A stretch of DNA of 64,000 nt, taken from positions 672,001 through 736,000 of the forward strand of contig CAXXFF010000002.1 of assembly GCA_963676835.2 (NCBI GenBank). The letters are read 5' to 3'. Each line of letters opens with the position of its first letter. Position 1 is the first letter of the stretch. This stretch comes from Marispirochaeta sp. (GTDB lineage: Bacteria > Spirochaetota > Spirochaetia > JC444 > Marispirochaetaceae). Of the stretch, positions 50,102 through 58,956 are shown piece after piece. The translations under genes and the position numbers were made by a program. The notes beneath the pieces are model-generated. The model was not told the origin of the DNA. It did no database searches and saw only the letters and a list, made by a program, of their open reading frames with translations.

Positions 50102-51583
50102 ATGAATTTTGTCAAACTAAAAAAACCGCTATTTGCGCCCTGTTTTTTAATTATTGTATTGTTACTTTCTACTTGTGTATCAAATCCTGGTGGTGAACTT
50201 TTTAGTTCTAAGGTTGAATTAAATCCTGCGTTGTCAGGAACACTATTAATAAATTATCTTGTATCAGATTCTGATTCAAATACCTGGATATCTAGAGCGA
50301 TAACAGACTATCTTATATCTGAACTGAGTGATGTTGAAGAATTAACTATTATCTCCCGTGATGATTTAGATGCTATTATGGATGAACAAAGCATTTCTCT
50401 TGCCGGTCTTACTGATAAAGAAGTTGAGATCGGAAAATTGCTAAGTGCTGATACGATTTTAAAAGGTAAATACAGCGTACAGAATTCAAGATTACTTTTG
50501 AATATGCGTTTAATCGACAGTGTATCCTCGAAAATATTGTACTCTTTTTATATAGATGAACCAATAAACATGTTGCCTCATATTCAATCTAAGTTGCTGT
50601 TTGATTTTTATGAGTATGCAGGGATTCCGATTAACATGAATAGACTTGCAGCAAAGGATTACCCTGTTACAAAAGATGATCTAAACTTATATTACCGCGC
50701 TGAAGAATTGTATGAGGCAGGACGAAAGGATGATTCTCTGTCTCTAATTGATATATTAACCAGTCAAAATAGCCTTTTTACACCGGCAGTGGAATTAAAA
50801 AATGATATTAAAGGTATAGCTAACGTCTCGGGGAAAAAAATAATAAACAATTTGGATCAAGAACTTCGAAATAGATATTTGTATGCTAATCAATTTATAA
50901 ATCTTCAACAATATCTTTACATGTCTGGGTATGATATAAAAATTAAAGAATTCACTTTTGATACTCCAGATGGAAAAGATTATGTTCTCGGTTTAAAAGT
51001 AGCAGCTGTATTAAAAGAAGATGCTTCAAAAATAGTACGTCAGTTTATTGAAAATAATCCTTACTTTGGATTAGGGCAGCATTTGGGATCTCGGGACGAT
51101 GTTTATATAAATTTTGATAGTTCAATGCCTAATCGCGGAACTTTTCAAATACGAGCGGATGACAATATGAAAAAAATGCTAGGAAATGATGAGTTGAGAG
51201 GCTCCGACTATAAATTCGGAGACTCCTATTATTCTTTATCATTTTTAGATGAAGATAATTCTCCTTATTGGATTCTTGACTTTTATGAAAGAGGTTCAAG
51301 TTATTATCGAGAAAATGATGACTCTGTGAATCGGATATTTAAGGATATAGAAATAATCATGACTGATTTTTCAACATTATTACATAGTGATGTTGGTTAC
51401 TTGTCAATGTACTATAAAATAGATGATTTAAACTTTATAATTTGTGGATTACCGAGGCGATTAGTTGAAAATTTGATACAAATTGATTTAACACTTGGAA
51501 TGCGCAGATCAGATTCTGCCTCAACCTGGAAGAGTTTAGATAATGCAATCCATAAGCGCATCTTTCAAGATTTTATTAAATAA
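50102..51583 (+). CDS. Lipoprotein with CsgG/TolB-N/FlgO-like domain and TPR-like segment
   Basis: LLSTC lipobox; IISR.DLDAIM.EQ.I..GL, IGKLLSAD.IL.G and RLID..S; GAGG RBS. Confidence 0.7.
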   Translation: MNFVKLKKPLFAPCFLIIVLLLSTCVSNPGGELFSSKVELNPALSGTLLINYLVSDSDSNTWISRAITDYLISELSDVEELTIISRDDLDAIMDEQSISLAGLTDKEVEIGKLLSADTILKGKYSVQNSRLLLNMRLIDSVSSKILYSFYIDEPINMLPHIQSKLLFDFYEYAGIPINMNRLAAKDYPVTKDDLNLYYRAEELYEAGRKDDSLSLIDILTSQNSLFTPAVELKNDIKGIANVSGKKIINNLDQELRNRYLYANQFINLQQYLYMSGYDIKIKEFTFDTPDGKDYVLGLKVAAVLKEDASKIVRQFIENNPYFGLGQHLGSRDDVYINFDSSMPNRGTFQIRADDNMKKMLGNDELRGSDYKFGDSYYSLSFLDEDNSPYWILDFYERGSSYYRENDDSVNRIFKDIEIIMTDFSTLLHSDVGYLSMYYKIDDLNFIICGLPRRLVENLIQIDLTLGMRRSDSASTWKSLDNAIHKRIFQDFIK

Positions 51584-51730
51584 AGTAAAGAATTGGTATG
51601 GATGCAGTACTGATATTGGTTAATATTTGATGATTATGTATCAGTGCTGTGATAATGCAATTTTGATAAAAGGGAATTCAAGAAAGAGATTATTGTGAAA
51701 CAAAACTAAATAATATTCTGGGAGCGGTGT

Positions 51731-52150
51731 ATGAGTGCTTTAAATCTTGGATACTTAAACATGATAAGAGAAGACAGTTCGTTATATTATAATGAAGAAT
51801 TCAACTACTATTTCTCAAGTAAAATCAATGAATTATTCCTGAAATTTCCGAATTTTCGTGAGTCTATTCAATACCGAAACTACATAGAAGTAGTGAAAAG
51901 TATCGCCCAAGAAGAAGGTAGCAATTTAGTTGATCTTAGGAAAACCAATTATTTTTCAATGTTACTATCATCCTTTGTACAAAGTTCTCCTTTCTTACAG
52001 TATGTATTTCAAAGAATATTTTCATACCGTCCTAATTCAGAATTCAAGGAGGTTCGGTTTGATCAAAGACTTACGCAGCAAGAAGCAGAGATAAAGAGAA
52101 TACAGGCTATGTTCGATGCAGTTGAAAAATATATTTCATCAAAATGCTAA
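51731..52150 (+). CDS. Hypothetical protein
   Basis: ORF with GGAG RBS. Confidence 0.5.
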   Translation: MSALNLGYLNMIREDSSLYYNEEFNYYFSSKINELFLKFPNFRESIQYRNYIEVVKSIAQEEGSNLVDLRKTNYFSMLLSSFVQSSPFLQYVFQRIFSYRPNSEFKEVRFDQRLTQQEAEIKRIQAMFDAVEKYISSKC

Positions 52151-52313
52151 CTGATTAGATTTAATTGACAGTAGAAAAAATAATACTAGTTTGGAACTGA
52201 TGAGTCACAGTGAAAGTGGCTGTTTCTGAGATAGTGTTATTTGAGGTAATAGACATCTTCAATACCTTGTTTTTAAAGAGTGATCGACATAATGAGGTAA
52301 AAGGATTATCAAA

Positions 52314-54068
52314 ATGAAATTGACCAAATGTACGGTTTGTGGAAATGGTATTATTGTTAAATCCAATGAGAAAATAAAATGTCCACATTGTGGGAAAAGG
52401 TATTCGATTGTTAAACGTACATGTTCTGAAGAAGATTTTTATACAAAAGTAAGAGCCAAGTTATTTTTTGACCTGAATACCCCTAATAATATTATAAATA
52501 AATTAAAGTATCCTAAAAAGGCGTTAAAAGCATTAGTGCCATATTATGAATATAGTATTAGCTATGATTGCGAGTGGCATTCAAGTATAGGTTATAATCA
52601 TACAGAACAGGTTAAAAAGTATAGGGAGGTGTATGAAAATGGAAAAGTTATTCGATTAGAACCTTATCTTGACTATGTTACAAAAACTGATTGGGATTAT
52701 CAAGAAGGATCGTATTCAGATTCGTTATCTTTCTTAACTCCTGTTGTTAAGTCTAATAGTTTTTTATCAAAACAATCTATTGGGTTACTAAGTGGTGTTG
52801 ATATTGGTAAACAAGATATTTGTGATATTTCACCAGAAAGTGATGATTATTTTTTTAATTCAAATTTAGATATAAACCAATATTATGATGAGGTAGCAAA
52901 AGCTGAAGTTAATAAAATTATAGAGCAAGATTTATGGAGCCATCTTCCCGGAGATACACAGAGAGATACCAAGGCGGGTTATCAGCATCATATTAAAAAA
53001 TCGAGATGTATTTATTATCCTGTATGGATCGGTACGTTTGGATATTTTGATAAGAAGTTTACATTATTAGGGGACGGAACTGATCAGAATCTTTTAAGCC
53101 TGAACGAAGGTGAAATACCAGTAGATAAGACTTTTTCAAATGTTCTTAAAAATATAGTGCAACCTTTTAGGTTTGCTTTGATGTCTTGGTATACACTTGC
53201 TGCTGCCTTTTTTTCTTTGATTCTTCTAAAGTTGCCCTTTGATTTTTGTGCACACCCTGAATCTTTCTCAAAATTTAACCAAAAACATTTTTATCCTTTT
53301 AATCAAATTCAGTTTCAATGGCTTATTTTCCATAATAATATCCAGTTGCCTGGTGACCCTATTCAGGCCATTTTTACTATTATTTGGTGGGCGTTCGTCC
53401 CAACCATTTTCTTGATATACTTCATTATATCTTTAGGATATATTGAAAGTGACCAATTTAAGAAAGATAGCAGTAAAGTAAAATCAGCAAGTATAAGTGT
53501 ATTCTTGATTGGATGTTTGTTAATCTTTGGGTTCCTGTTTATTATTCTTAGATATAATAGTTATATTTATCTATTGTTAGATAAAATAATTGCAATTATG
53601 GCTCCTCTCATTTTGCCGGGGCTATGTGTAGTTCTTGTTTTGGGATTTATCAGTTGGTTGATAAAAAAATATTATCTACATTTTAAAATCAGTAATCGCA
53701 TTTTGTCATTGAGAAGGAAAGGTTTAACTCCTAAGGATAAGAACATAAGAAATAGTTTTTCATACAAGTTGGGGTCTTTGAAAAGCCGAACATTAGCATT
53801 TGTGCTATGTGTTTTAACTGGTGTTTTTGGTGGGCACCGGTTATACCTCGGTAAAGGTAAACTCTGGAATTTTGCATATATCATACCCATTCTTTATAAA
53901 GTAGTTAAGAACCCCCAATCTTTCAATATTGGTTATATTGTAGACACAATAATATTTATGGCTCCAATAATGACAATTTTCGTACTTCATGATCTATATA
54001 AAATAATAAAAGGAGAGTTTAAAGTATCAGTTAAGAATGGAAAAGAAAATCCATTAACTGAATGGTAG
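52314..54068 (+). CDS. Zinc-ribbon membrane protein with C-terminal TM2/NINE domain
   Basis: CTVC..CPHC, YYPVW..F.Y..K, several TM segments, AFVLCVLTGVFGGHRLYLGK. Confidence 0.7.
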   Translation: MKLTKCTVCGNGIIVKSNEKIKCPHCGKRYSIVKRTCSEEDFYTKVRAKLFFDLNTPNNIINKLKYPKKALKALVPYYEYSISYDCEWHSSIGYNHTEQVKKYREVYENGKVIRLEPYLDYVTKTDWDYQEGSYSDSLSFLTPVVKSNSFLSKQSIGLLSGVDIGKQDICDISPESDDYFFNSNLDINQYYDEVAKAEVNKIIEQDLWSHLPGDTQRDTKAGYQHHIKKSRCIYYPVWIGTFGYFDKKFTLLGDGTDQNLLSLNEGEIPVDKTFSNVLKNIVQPFRFALMSWYTLAAAFFSLILLKLPFDFCAHPESFSKFNQKHFYPFNQIQFQWLIFHNNIQLPGDPIQAIFTIIWWAFVPTIFLIYFIISLGYIESDQFKKDSSKVKSASISVFLIGCLLIFGFLFIILRYNSYIYLLLDKIIAIMAPLILPGLCVVLVLGFISWLIKKYYLHFKISNRILSLRRKGLTPKDKNIRNSFSYKLGSLKSRTLAFVLCVLTGVFGGHRLYLGKGKLWNFAYIIPILYKVVKNPQSFNIGYIVDTIIFMAPIMTIFVLHDLYKIIKGEFKVSVKNGKENPLTEW

Positions 54069-54161
54069 TGTCATTCATTGATATTAAACCAACCATCTTA
54101 AATGTTCAAAATAAGGATGCTTTATGTAAGGAGGAGACCCTCTTTTTCCATAAAGAAGAAC

Positions 54162-54197
54162 GGGATTGTCCAAGAATCTGCTCAGACAACCCCTTTT
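54162..54197. terminator. Hairpin between the island gene and lysA (likely bidirectional terminator)
   Basis: GGGATTGTC...GACAACCCC with T-rich tails on both strands. Confidence 0.55.
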
Positions 54198-54228
54198 CAT
54201 GTTACTTTTAACCACACTCTGCGGTTTG

Positions 54229-55467
54229 TCAGAACTTCAGTGTCGCGAAATAATCTTCCATGGTTTCCGCCCGTCGGATCAGCTCAGTACTGCCGTCTTC
54301 TTTCAGCAGCACCTCTGCAGAACGCAGCTTGGCGTTATAGTTGAATCCCATGGCATGACCGTGGGCGCCGGTGTTGTGGATGGCAAGAACATCGCCGATT
54401 TCGATTTCCGGGATCTCCCTGTCAATGGCAAACTTATCGTTGTTCTCACAGAGGCTTCCGGTTACATCAGCAGTAAGGCTTTTGGGAGCATTTTCTTTAC
54501 CTAACACCGTAATTTCGTGATAGGCACCGTAGAGTGCAGGGCGCATGAGGTTGGCCATGCAGGAATCCAGACCGATAAAGGTCTTGTAGGTCTCCTTGCG
54601 ATGGAGAACCTGGGTAATCAGGTATCCGTAGGGACCGGTAACCATACGGCCGCACTCCATAACAATACGCATTGAACCCAGTCCTGCCGGGAGAATGGTC
54701 TCTTCGTAGCGTTTCTTAATGCCCGCAGATACCAGTTCCAGATCTACCGCTTTTTCACCCGGCCGGTAGGGGATGCCGATACCGCCGCCGAGGTTTACAA
54801 AATCAAGCTCTATGCCCAGCTCTTTTTTCAGCTCTACTGCGGTGTCAAAGAGGAGCCCGGCAGTTTCTATAAAGTAGTCGGCGTTAAGTTCGTTTGAAGC
54901 AACCATGGTATGCAGGGCAAAGCGGGCTGCCCCCATATCCCGGACTTTTTTGTACCCTTCAAAGAGCTGTTCCCGGGTAAAGCCGTATTTGGCTTCCGTG
55001 GGTTTTCCGATAATGTCGTTACCGCTTTTCAGCTCTCCCGGGTTGTAGCGGAAGCAGATAAGCTCCGGCATGCCGGCGTTGTCCTTCAGGTAGTCGATGT
55101 GGGAAATATCATCCAGGTTGATTACCGCGCCTAACTCTTTTGCCCGCTTGAACTCAATAGCGGGGGTATCGTTTGAGGTAAACATAATGGCTTCTCCGGT
55201 AACTCCCGCCATCTTTGAAAGCTCAAGTTCCGGGAGGGATGAGCAGTCGGTTCCCATGCCCTCCTCTTTGAGGATCTCCATTATCCGGGGGTTGGGCAGT
55301 GCCTTTACGGCAAAATGGTTGACGAATCCGCCGGGAACCCAGTCAAAGGCTTTTTTCAGTCGCCGTGCGTTTTCCCGAATTGCTTTCTCGTCGTAGATAT
55401 GAAAGGGGGTGGGGTATTGTTCAATAATCTTGTCTATCTGCTCTTTGCTGAATGGCAGAGTACTCAT
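54229..55467 (-). CDS. lysA: Diaminopimelate decarboxylase
   Basis: TPFHIYDE, FAVKA.PN, NLGGG.G, E.GR, GSLCENND and GAHG.AMG.NYN. Confidence 0.95.
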   Translation of the reverse strand: MSTLPFSKEQIDKIIEQYPTPFHIYDEKAIRENARRLKKAFDWVPGGFVNHFAVKALPNPRIMEILKEEGMGTDCSSLPELELSKMAGVTGEAIMFTSNDTPAIEFKRAKELGAVINLDDISHIDYLKDNAGMPELICFRYNPGELKSGNDIIGKPTEAKYGFTREQLFEGYKKVRDMGAARFALHTMVASNELNADYFIETAGLLFDTAVELKKELGIELDFVNLGGGIGIPYRPGEKAVDLELVSAGIKKRYEETILPAGLGSMRIVMECGRMVTGPYGYLITQVLHRKETYKTFIGLDSCMANLMRPALYGAYHEITVLGKENAPKSLTADVTGSLCENNDKFAIDREIPEIEIGDVLAIHNTGAHGHAMGFNYNAKLRSAEVLLKEDGSTELIRRAETMEDYFATLKF

Positions 55468-55537
55468 AACAGTTCCGTCCTTGTGAAAAAAGGTAAAAAT
55501 ATGTCCGTACTAACAGTACGAATGCCGGGCTTTATGG

Positions 55538-56455
55538 TCAAGCCGCGGCGGAAGGGCTCTCCTTCGGGGAGGAGGTTCCAAGACGAACAGCGGCAATAAC
55601 CAGAAGACCCCAGCCGATCTGAGCTGCCGAGAGGGTTTCCCCCAGCATTCCCCAGCCGAGGATTACGGTAATTACCGGAATAAGATTGATGAAAAGTGAT
55701 GCACGTGCAGCGGGAACAAAGGTCTGGCCGTAATTATAGAGACCGAAGCCGCCGTAGGTGACAAAAAGCCCCAGAAACAGGACTGAAAGAATTACCGGCA
55801 GAGACCAGGCTTCCGGGGGAACTGCGGGCAGAAGCCTTACGGCGGGCAGAAAAAAGAGAAAACCCCCGGCTACCTGAAAGGCCGTCAGACTCCAGCTGCT
55901 GTAGCGTCTGGCCAGGCTTTTTACCAGCAGAAAATTTCCCGCCGAGGCCGCCATGGCAACGGTTTCCAGGATATTGCCCAGTACTGGATTGGTTCCAGCC
56001 GTTTCAGAGCTGCCGGAATGGGGGCTGCCCAGGGTGAGCCCGATGATACCTGCGATACTGAGGGCCAGGGCAGCCCACTGCCGGGGTCCCATTGCCTCCT
56101 TGAGAAAGATGAGTGCTCCCAGGGCCACAAATACCGGGACCGTGGAGGCGATAATTCCCGCCTGGCTTGCACTGGTGAGAATAAGGGCCCGGGATTCCAG
56201 TGAGAAGTAGATTCCCGGCTGCAGGAGTACCATGGGGAGTATAAAAAGCAGATCCCGGGGACGGAGGTTTCCGGGGATAAGCATGCGGGCCGCGGGTATA
56301 AGCAGAATCAGGGTTATGGCCATCCGCAGCCAGATAACCAGACCCGGCGGCAGGGCGGCAACTGCAACCCTCATGGCGATGAAAGAGCCCGCCCAGAGCA
56401 GTGCTGCGCCGGTCAGGGCTATATAGGCGATATTTCTGTTACCTGTCAGTTTCAT
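55538..56455 (-). CDS. DMT/EamA family transporter
   Basis: 10 TM segments; LWAGSF, FLKE and NL.PV..V.LG..LGE. Confidence 0.9.
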   Translation of the reverse strand: MKLTGNRNIAYIALTGAALLWAGSFIAMRVAVAALPPGLVIWLRMAITLILLIPAARMLIPGNLRPRDLLFILPMVLLQPGIYFSLESRALILTSASQAGIIASTVPVFVALGALIFLKEAMGPRQWAALALSIAGIIGLTLGSPHSGSSETAGTNPVLGNILETVAMAASAGNFLLVKSLARRYSSWSLTAFQVAGGFLFFLPAVRLLPAVPPEAWSLPVILSVLFLGLFVTYGGFGLYNYGQTFVPAARASLFINLIPVITVILGWGMLGETLSAAQIGWGLLVIAAVRLGTSSPKESPSAAA

Positions 56456-56509
56456 GAATTACAATATAGTGATTCCGGTTTCAGAAAGATTGGAAAATAT
56501 TGCTTTTCT

Positions 56510-57355
56510 TTAATGGCGGATGGTTCCCTTCAGATAATCTCCCGGAGAAAGTCCCGTATAGGCGTGAAAGGTGTTGGTAAAGTGACTCTGGTCGTAGAAG
56601 CCCATGGAGAGGGCGGTTTCTGTGGGGGTCAGCCCCTGACGCAAAAGACTCTTTGCCATACCGATCCGTTTCTGGGTACGGTATGCATGGGGAGAGACTC
56701 CATAGGCCTTACGAAAGGCCCGGATAAAGTGGTAGCTGCTCATTCCCGCAGCAGATGCGGCATCAGCCAGGCTGAGTTTAGAGTCCAGGGCGGAAGAGAG
56801 AAACTCCGCACCCCGGCTGAGTCCGGGATGGTCATAAAAAGGGGGCTGCCGGAGCGGACGGTCTCTTTCAGCCCGGAGAAGAAGCTGCCCGATAAGGGCA
56901 AATACGGTTTCATCCTTTCCCAGGTCTCCGGCAATATCCTCTTTTGCTTTCTGGATACGCCCATAGGCCCTGTTCATTGCTGCCTGTTCTTCCGGTCTGC
57001 CGGTGAAGGTGAGGGGAAACTCCGGGGGGCTTGGTGAACCCTCCTCGATTTCTTCCGCAATACTGCAGAACTTTGCGGCATTTATGGAGATCATGCGGTA
57101 GCTTACGGGATCCCCTGAAACGGGAACCCCGGAGTGAACCTGTCCCGGGTTGATGATAAAAAAACTGCCGGCTCCAGCCAGGGTCTCCTCTTTTTCCGGT
57201 CCGTAACAGTATGTTTCACCCTGATCCATAAGACCGATTATGTAGTAGGTTTCGTGGGAGTGTTTGGGAAACACGTGAGAACTCCGGTGTACACCCATCA
57301 GGGCAATGCCGGATTCCGGATCACGGTAGCTGAAATCGGCTTTTTCACGGGACAC
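56510..57355 (-). CDS. AraC family transcriptional regulator
   Basis: FPKHSHE, INPGQVH, S.YHFIRAFR..G.SP and GFYDQSHFT; GGAGG before GTG 57355. Confidence 0.92.
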   Translation of the reverse strand: MSREKADFSYRDPESGIALMGVHRSSHVFPKHSHETYYIIGLMDQGETYCYGPEKEETLAGAGSFFIINPGQVHSGVPVSGDPVSYRMISINAAKFCSIAEEIEEGSPSPPEFPLTFTGRPEEQAAMNRAYGRIQKAKEDIAGDLGKDETVFALIGQLLLRAERDRPLRQPPFYDHPGLSRGAEFLSSALDSKLSLADAASAAGMSSYHFIRAFRKAYGVSPHAYRTQKRIGMAKSLLRQGLTPTETALSMGFYDQSHFTNTFHAYTGLSPGDYLKGTIRH

Positions 57356-57426
57356 GGCGGCATACCTCCCCAGGAGTGTTAATTGAACGACTTTTGGCTT
57401 ACTTCCGTCAAGTGTCGGCGTTAGTA

Positions 57427-57561
57427 TTTTCTGTATGCAGAAAATAATCCGAAAAATGGAAAAAGATTTCTGTATAAAGAAAATATGTGGAGAAATTGTA
57501 AAAGTTTTTTGTATGTAGAAAACTTTCAATAAATATGCTATTCTTTTCTGTATGGAGAAAA
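57427..57561. repeat. Four palindromic 18-bp repeats (TTTTCTGTATGnAGAAAA) at exact 39-bp period
   Basis: Units start at 57427, 57466, 57505 and 57544, separated by 21-bp intervals. Confidence 0.9.
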
Positions 57562-58763
57562 AATCGCTTTTCCGGAAAACATATCTCGACCAGCTGAAAT
57601 CCTGGCAGGATTCCCCTGTGATTAAAATAATCACAGGGATGCGCCGGGTTGGTAAGAGTACCCTTCTTCAGCAGTGGATGGATTATCTGCAGAAAAATGA
57701 AGGGGTAACACCGGAGAATCTGCTGTTTATTCCTTGTGATTCTCTTGAGTACAGTGAGCTCAAGACGTACCGGCAATTGAAAGAGCTGATACTTCCAATT
57801 CAAAAACAAGAGGGAAAAAAATACCTGCTGATTGATGAAATACAGCAGATTGATGAATGGGAAAGGGTTATAACCGCTCTTCATCGGGATCCGGGCTGGG
57901 ATATATATATTACCGGTTCAAACTCTGAAATGCTCTCCAGTGAACTGGCAACCAGGATAAGCGGTCGTTATGTGACGATGCAGATATTTCCCTTCAGCTA
58001 CAGAGAACATCTTGCGATTAAGGAAATTGATCAGCATGTTCCAGAAGAATTCCTGAAATATCTGGAATCCGGAGGAATGCCGGTACTCTACCATGTAGCC
58101 GATGAGCCGGCCATGAAAGCTCAGATTCTTGAATCTATTTATGACACAATAGTTCTGAAGGATATTATTGAACGGAACAATATTCGAAATGTGGACTTGC
58201 TGGATCGTATTACGCGGTTTTTCATGGATAATATTGGAAATATTTCAAATGCAAATAGAATTGCCGGGTATTTTAAATCCCAGCGTGTTTCTGTAGGTGT
58301 AGAAACAGTGCAAAATTATCTGCAGTACCTGGAGAGATGCTTTGTTCTACACCGGGCGCAACGCTATGATCTGAAGGGTAAACGGCTTCTTGAGGTTAAT
58401 GAAAAACTCTTTGCTTCTGACACAGGTATAAGAAATGCGGTGCTTCGAAAAAAAACGGAAGATATTGCAGGACTTCTGGAAAATGTTGTGTATCTGGAAC
58501 TACTGAGACGAGGATATAAGGTTACGGTGGGTCATGCCGGAAGCTGGGAGATTGATTTTATCGCTGAGAAAAGCGGTGTCCGTGAGTACATTCAGGTGAG
58601 CTACCTGTTGTCATCTCCTGAAACCCGTGAACGGGAGTTCCGCTCACTGGAACTGATAGATGATAATTATCCGAAGACAGTGTTATCCCTCGATTCTGTA
58701 GACCTTGGCCGAAACGGTATCCGCCATATGCTGCTGCCTGAGTGGCTGTTGAAAGATTCCTGA
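57552..58763 (+). CDS. AAA_14 ATPase + DUF4143 (wHTH / PD-(D/E)XK-like) protein
   Basis: GMRRVGKST, LIDEIQ, ITGSNS, GGMP, LENVV.LEL and EIDF..YIQVSY. Confidence 0.92.
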   Translation: MEKKSLFRKTYLDQLKSWQDSPVIKIITGMRRVGKSTLLQQWMDYLQKNEGVTPENLLFIPCDSLEYSELKTYRQLKELILPIQKQEGKKYLLIDEIQQIDEWERVITALHRDPGWDIYITGSNSEMLSSELATRISGRYVTMQIFPFSYREHLAIKEIDQHVPEEFLKYLESGGMPVLYHVADEPAMKAQILESIYDTIVLKDIIERNNIRNVDLLDRITRFFMDNIGNISNANRIAGYFKSQRVSVGVETVQNYLQYLERCFVLHRAQRYDLKGKRLLEVNEKLFASDTGIRNAVLRKKTEDIAGLLENVVYLELLRRGYKVTVGHAGSWEIDFIAEKSGVREYIQVSYLLSSPETREREFRSLELIDDNYPKTVLSLDSVDLGRNGIRHMLLPEWLLKDS

Positions 58764-58880
58764 ACGATTGCAGTTAGCTGTTCTGTATCTGCTTGTTTAA
58801 AACTCAGATTCTACATTTTATTTAAATTTTTTTCTCTTTTCCTGAAGCACCAGACTGATTCTCCGGTTTCATTCAGTAGA

Positions 58881-58933
58881 GTTCACCTATCGTTACAATA
58901 GTTCAACTATCGTTCAACAATAGTTCAACTCAA
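58881..58933. repeat. About 11-bp GTTCAAC tandem repeats upstream of dprA
   Basis: gttcacctatc/gttacaata/gttcaactatc/gttcaacaata/gttcaactcaa. Confidence 0.8.
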
Positions 58934-58956
58934 GTCTGATGCTCCGGGAGTAGACA

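Noticed and set aside
57427..57561. CRISPR array
   Set aside because: Repeats are only 18 bp and degenerate, the 21-bp intervals partly resemble each other, and there is no cas gene in the window. Reported as a non-CRISPR array.
57356..57884. N-terminal extension of AraC (to 57634) and minus-strand ORF 57408-57884 with repeated FLHTE motifs
   Set aside because: Both are by-products of the 39-bp (13-codon) repeat and lie antisense to the ATPase gene; AraC has a good RBS at 57355.
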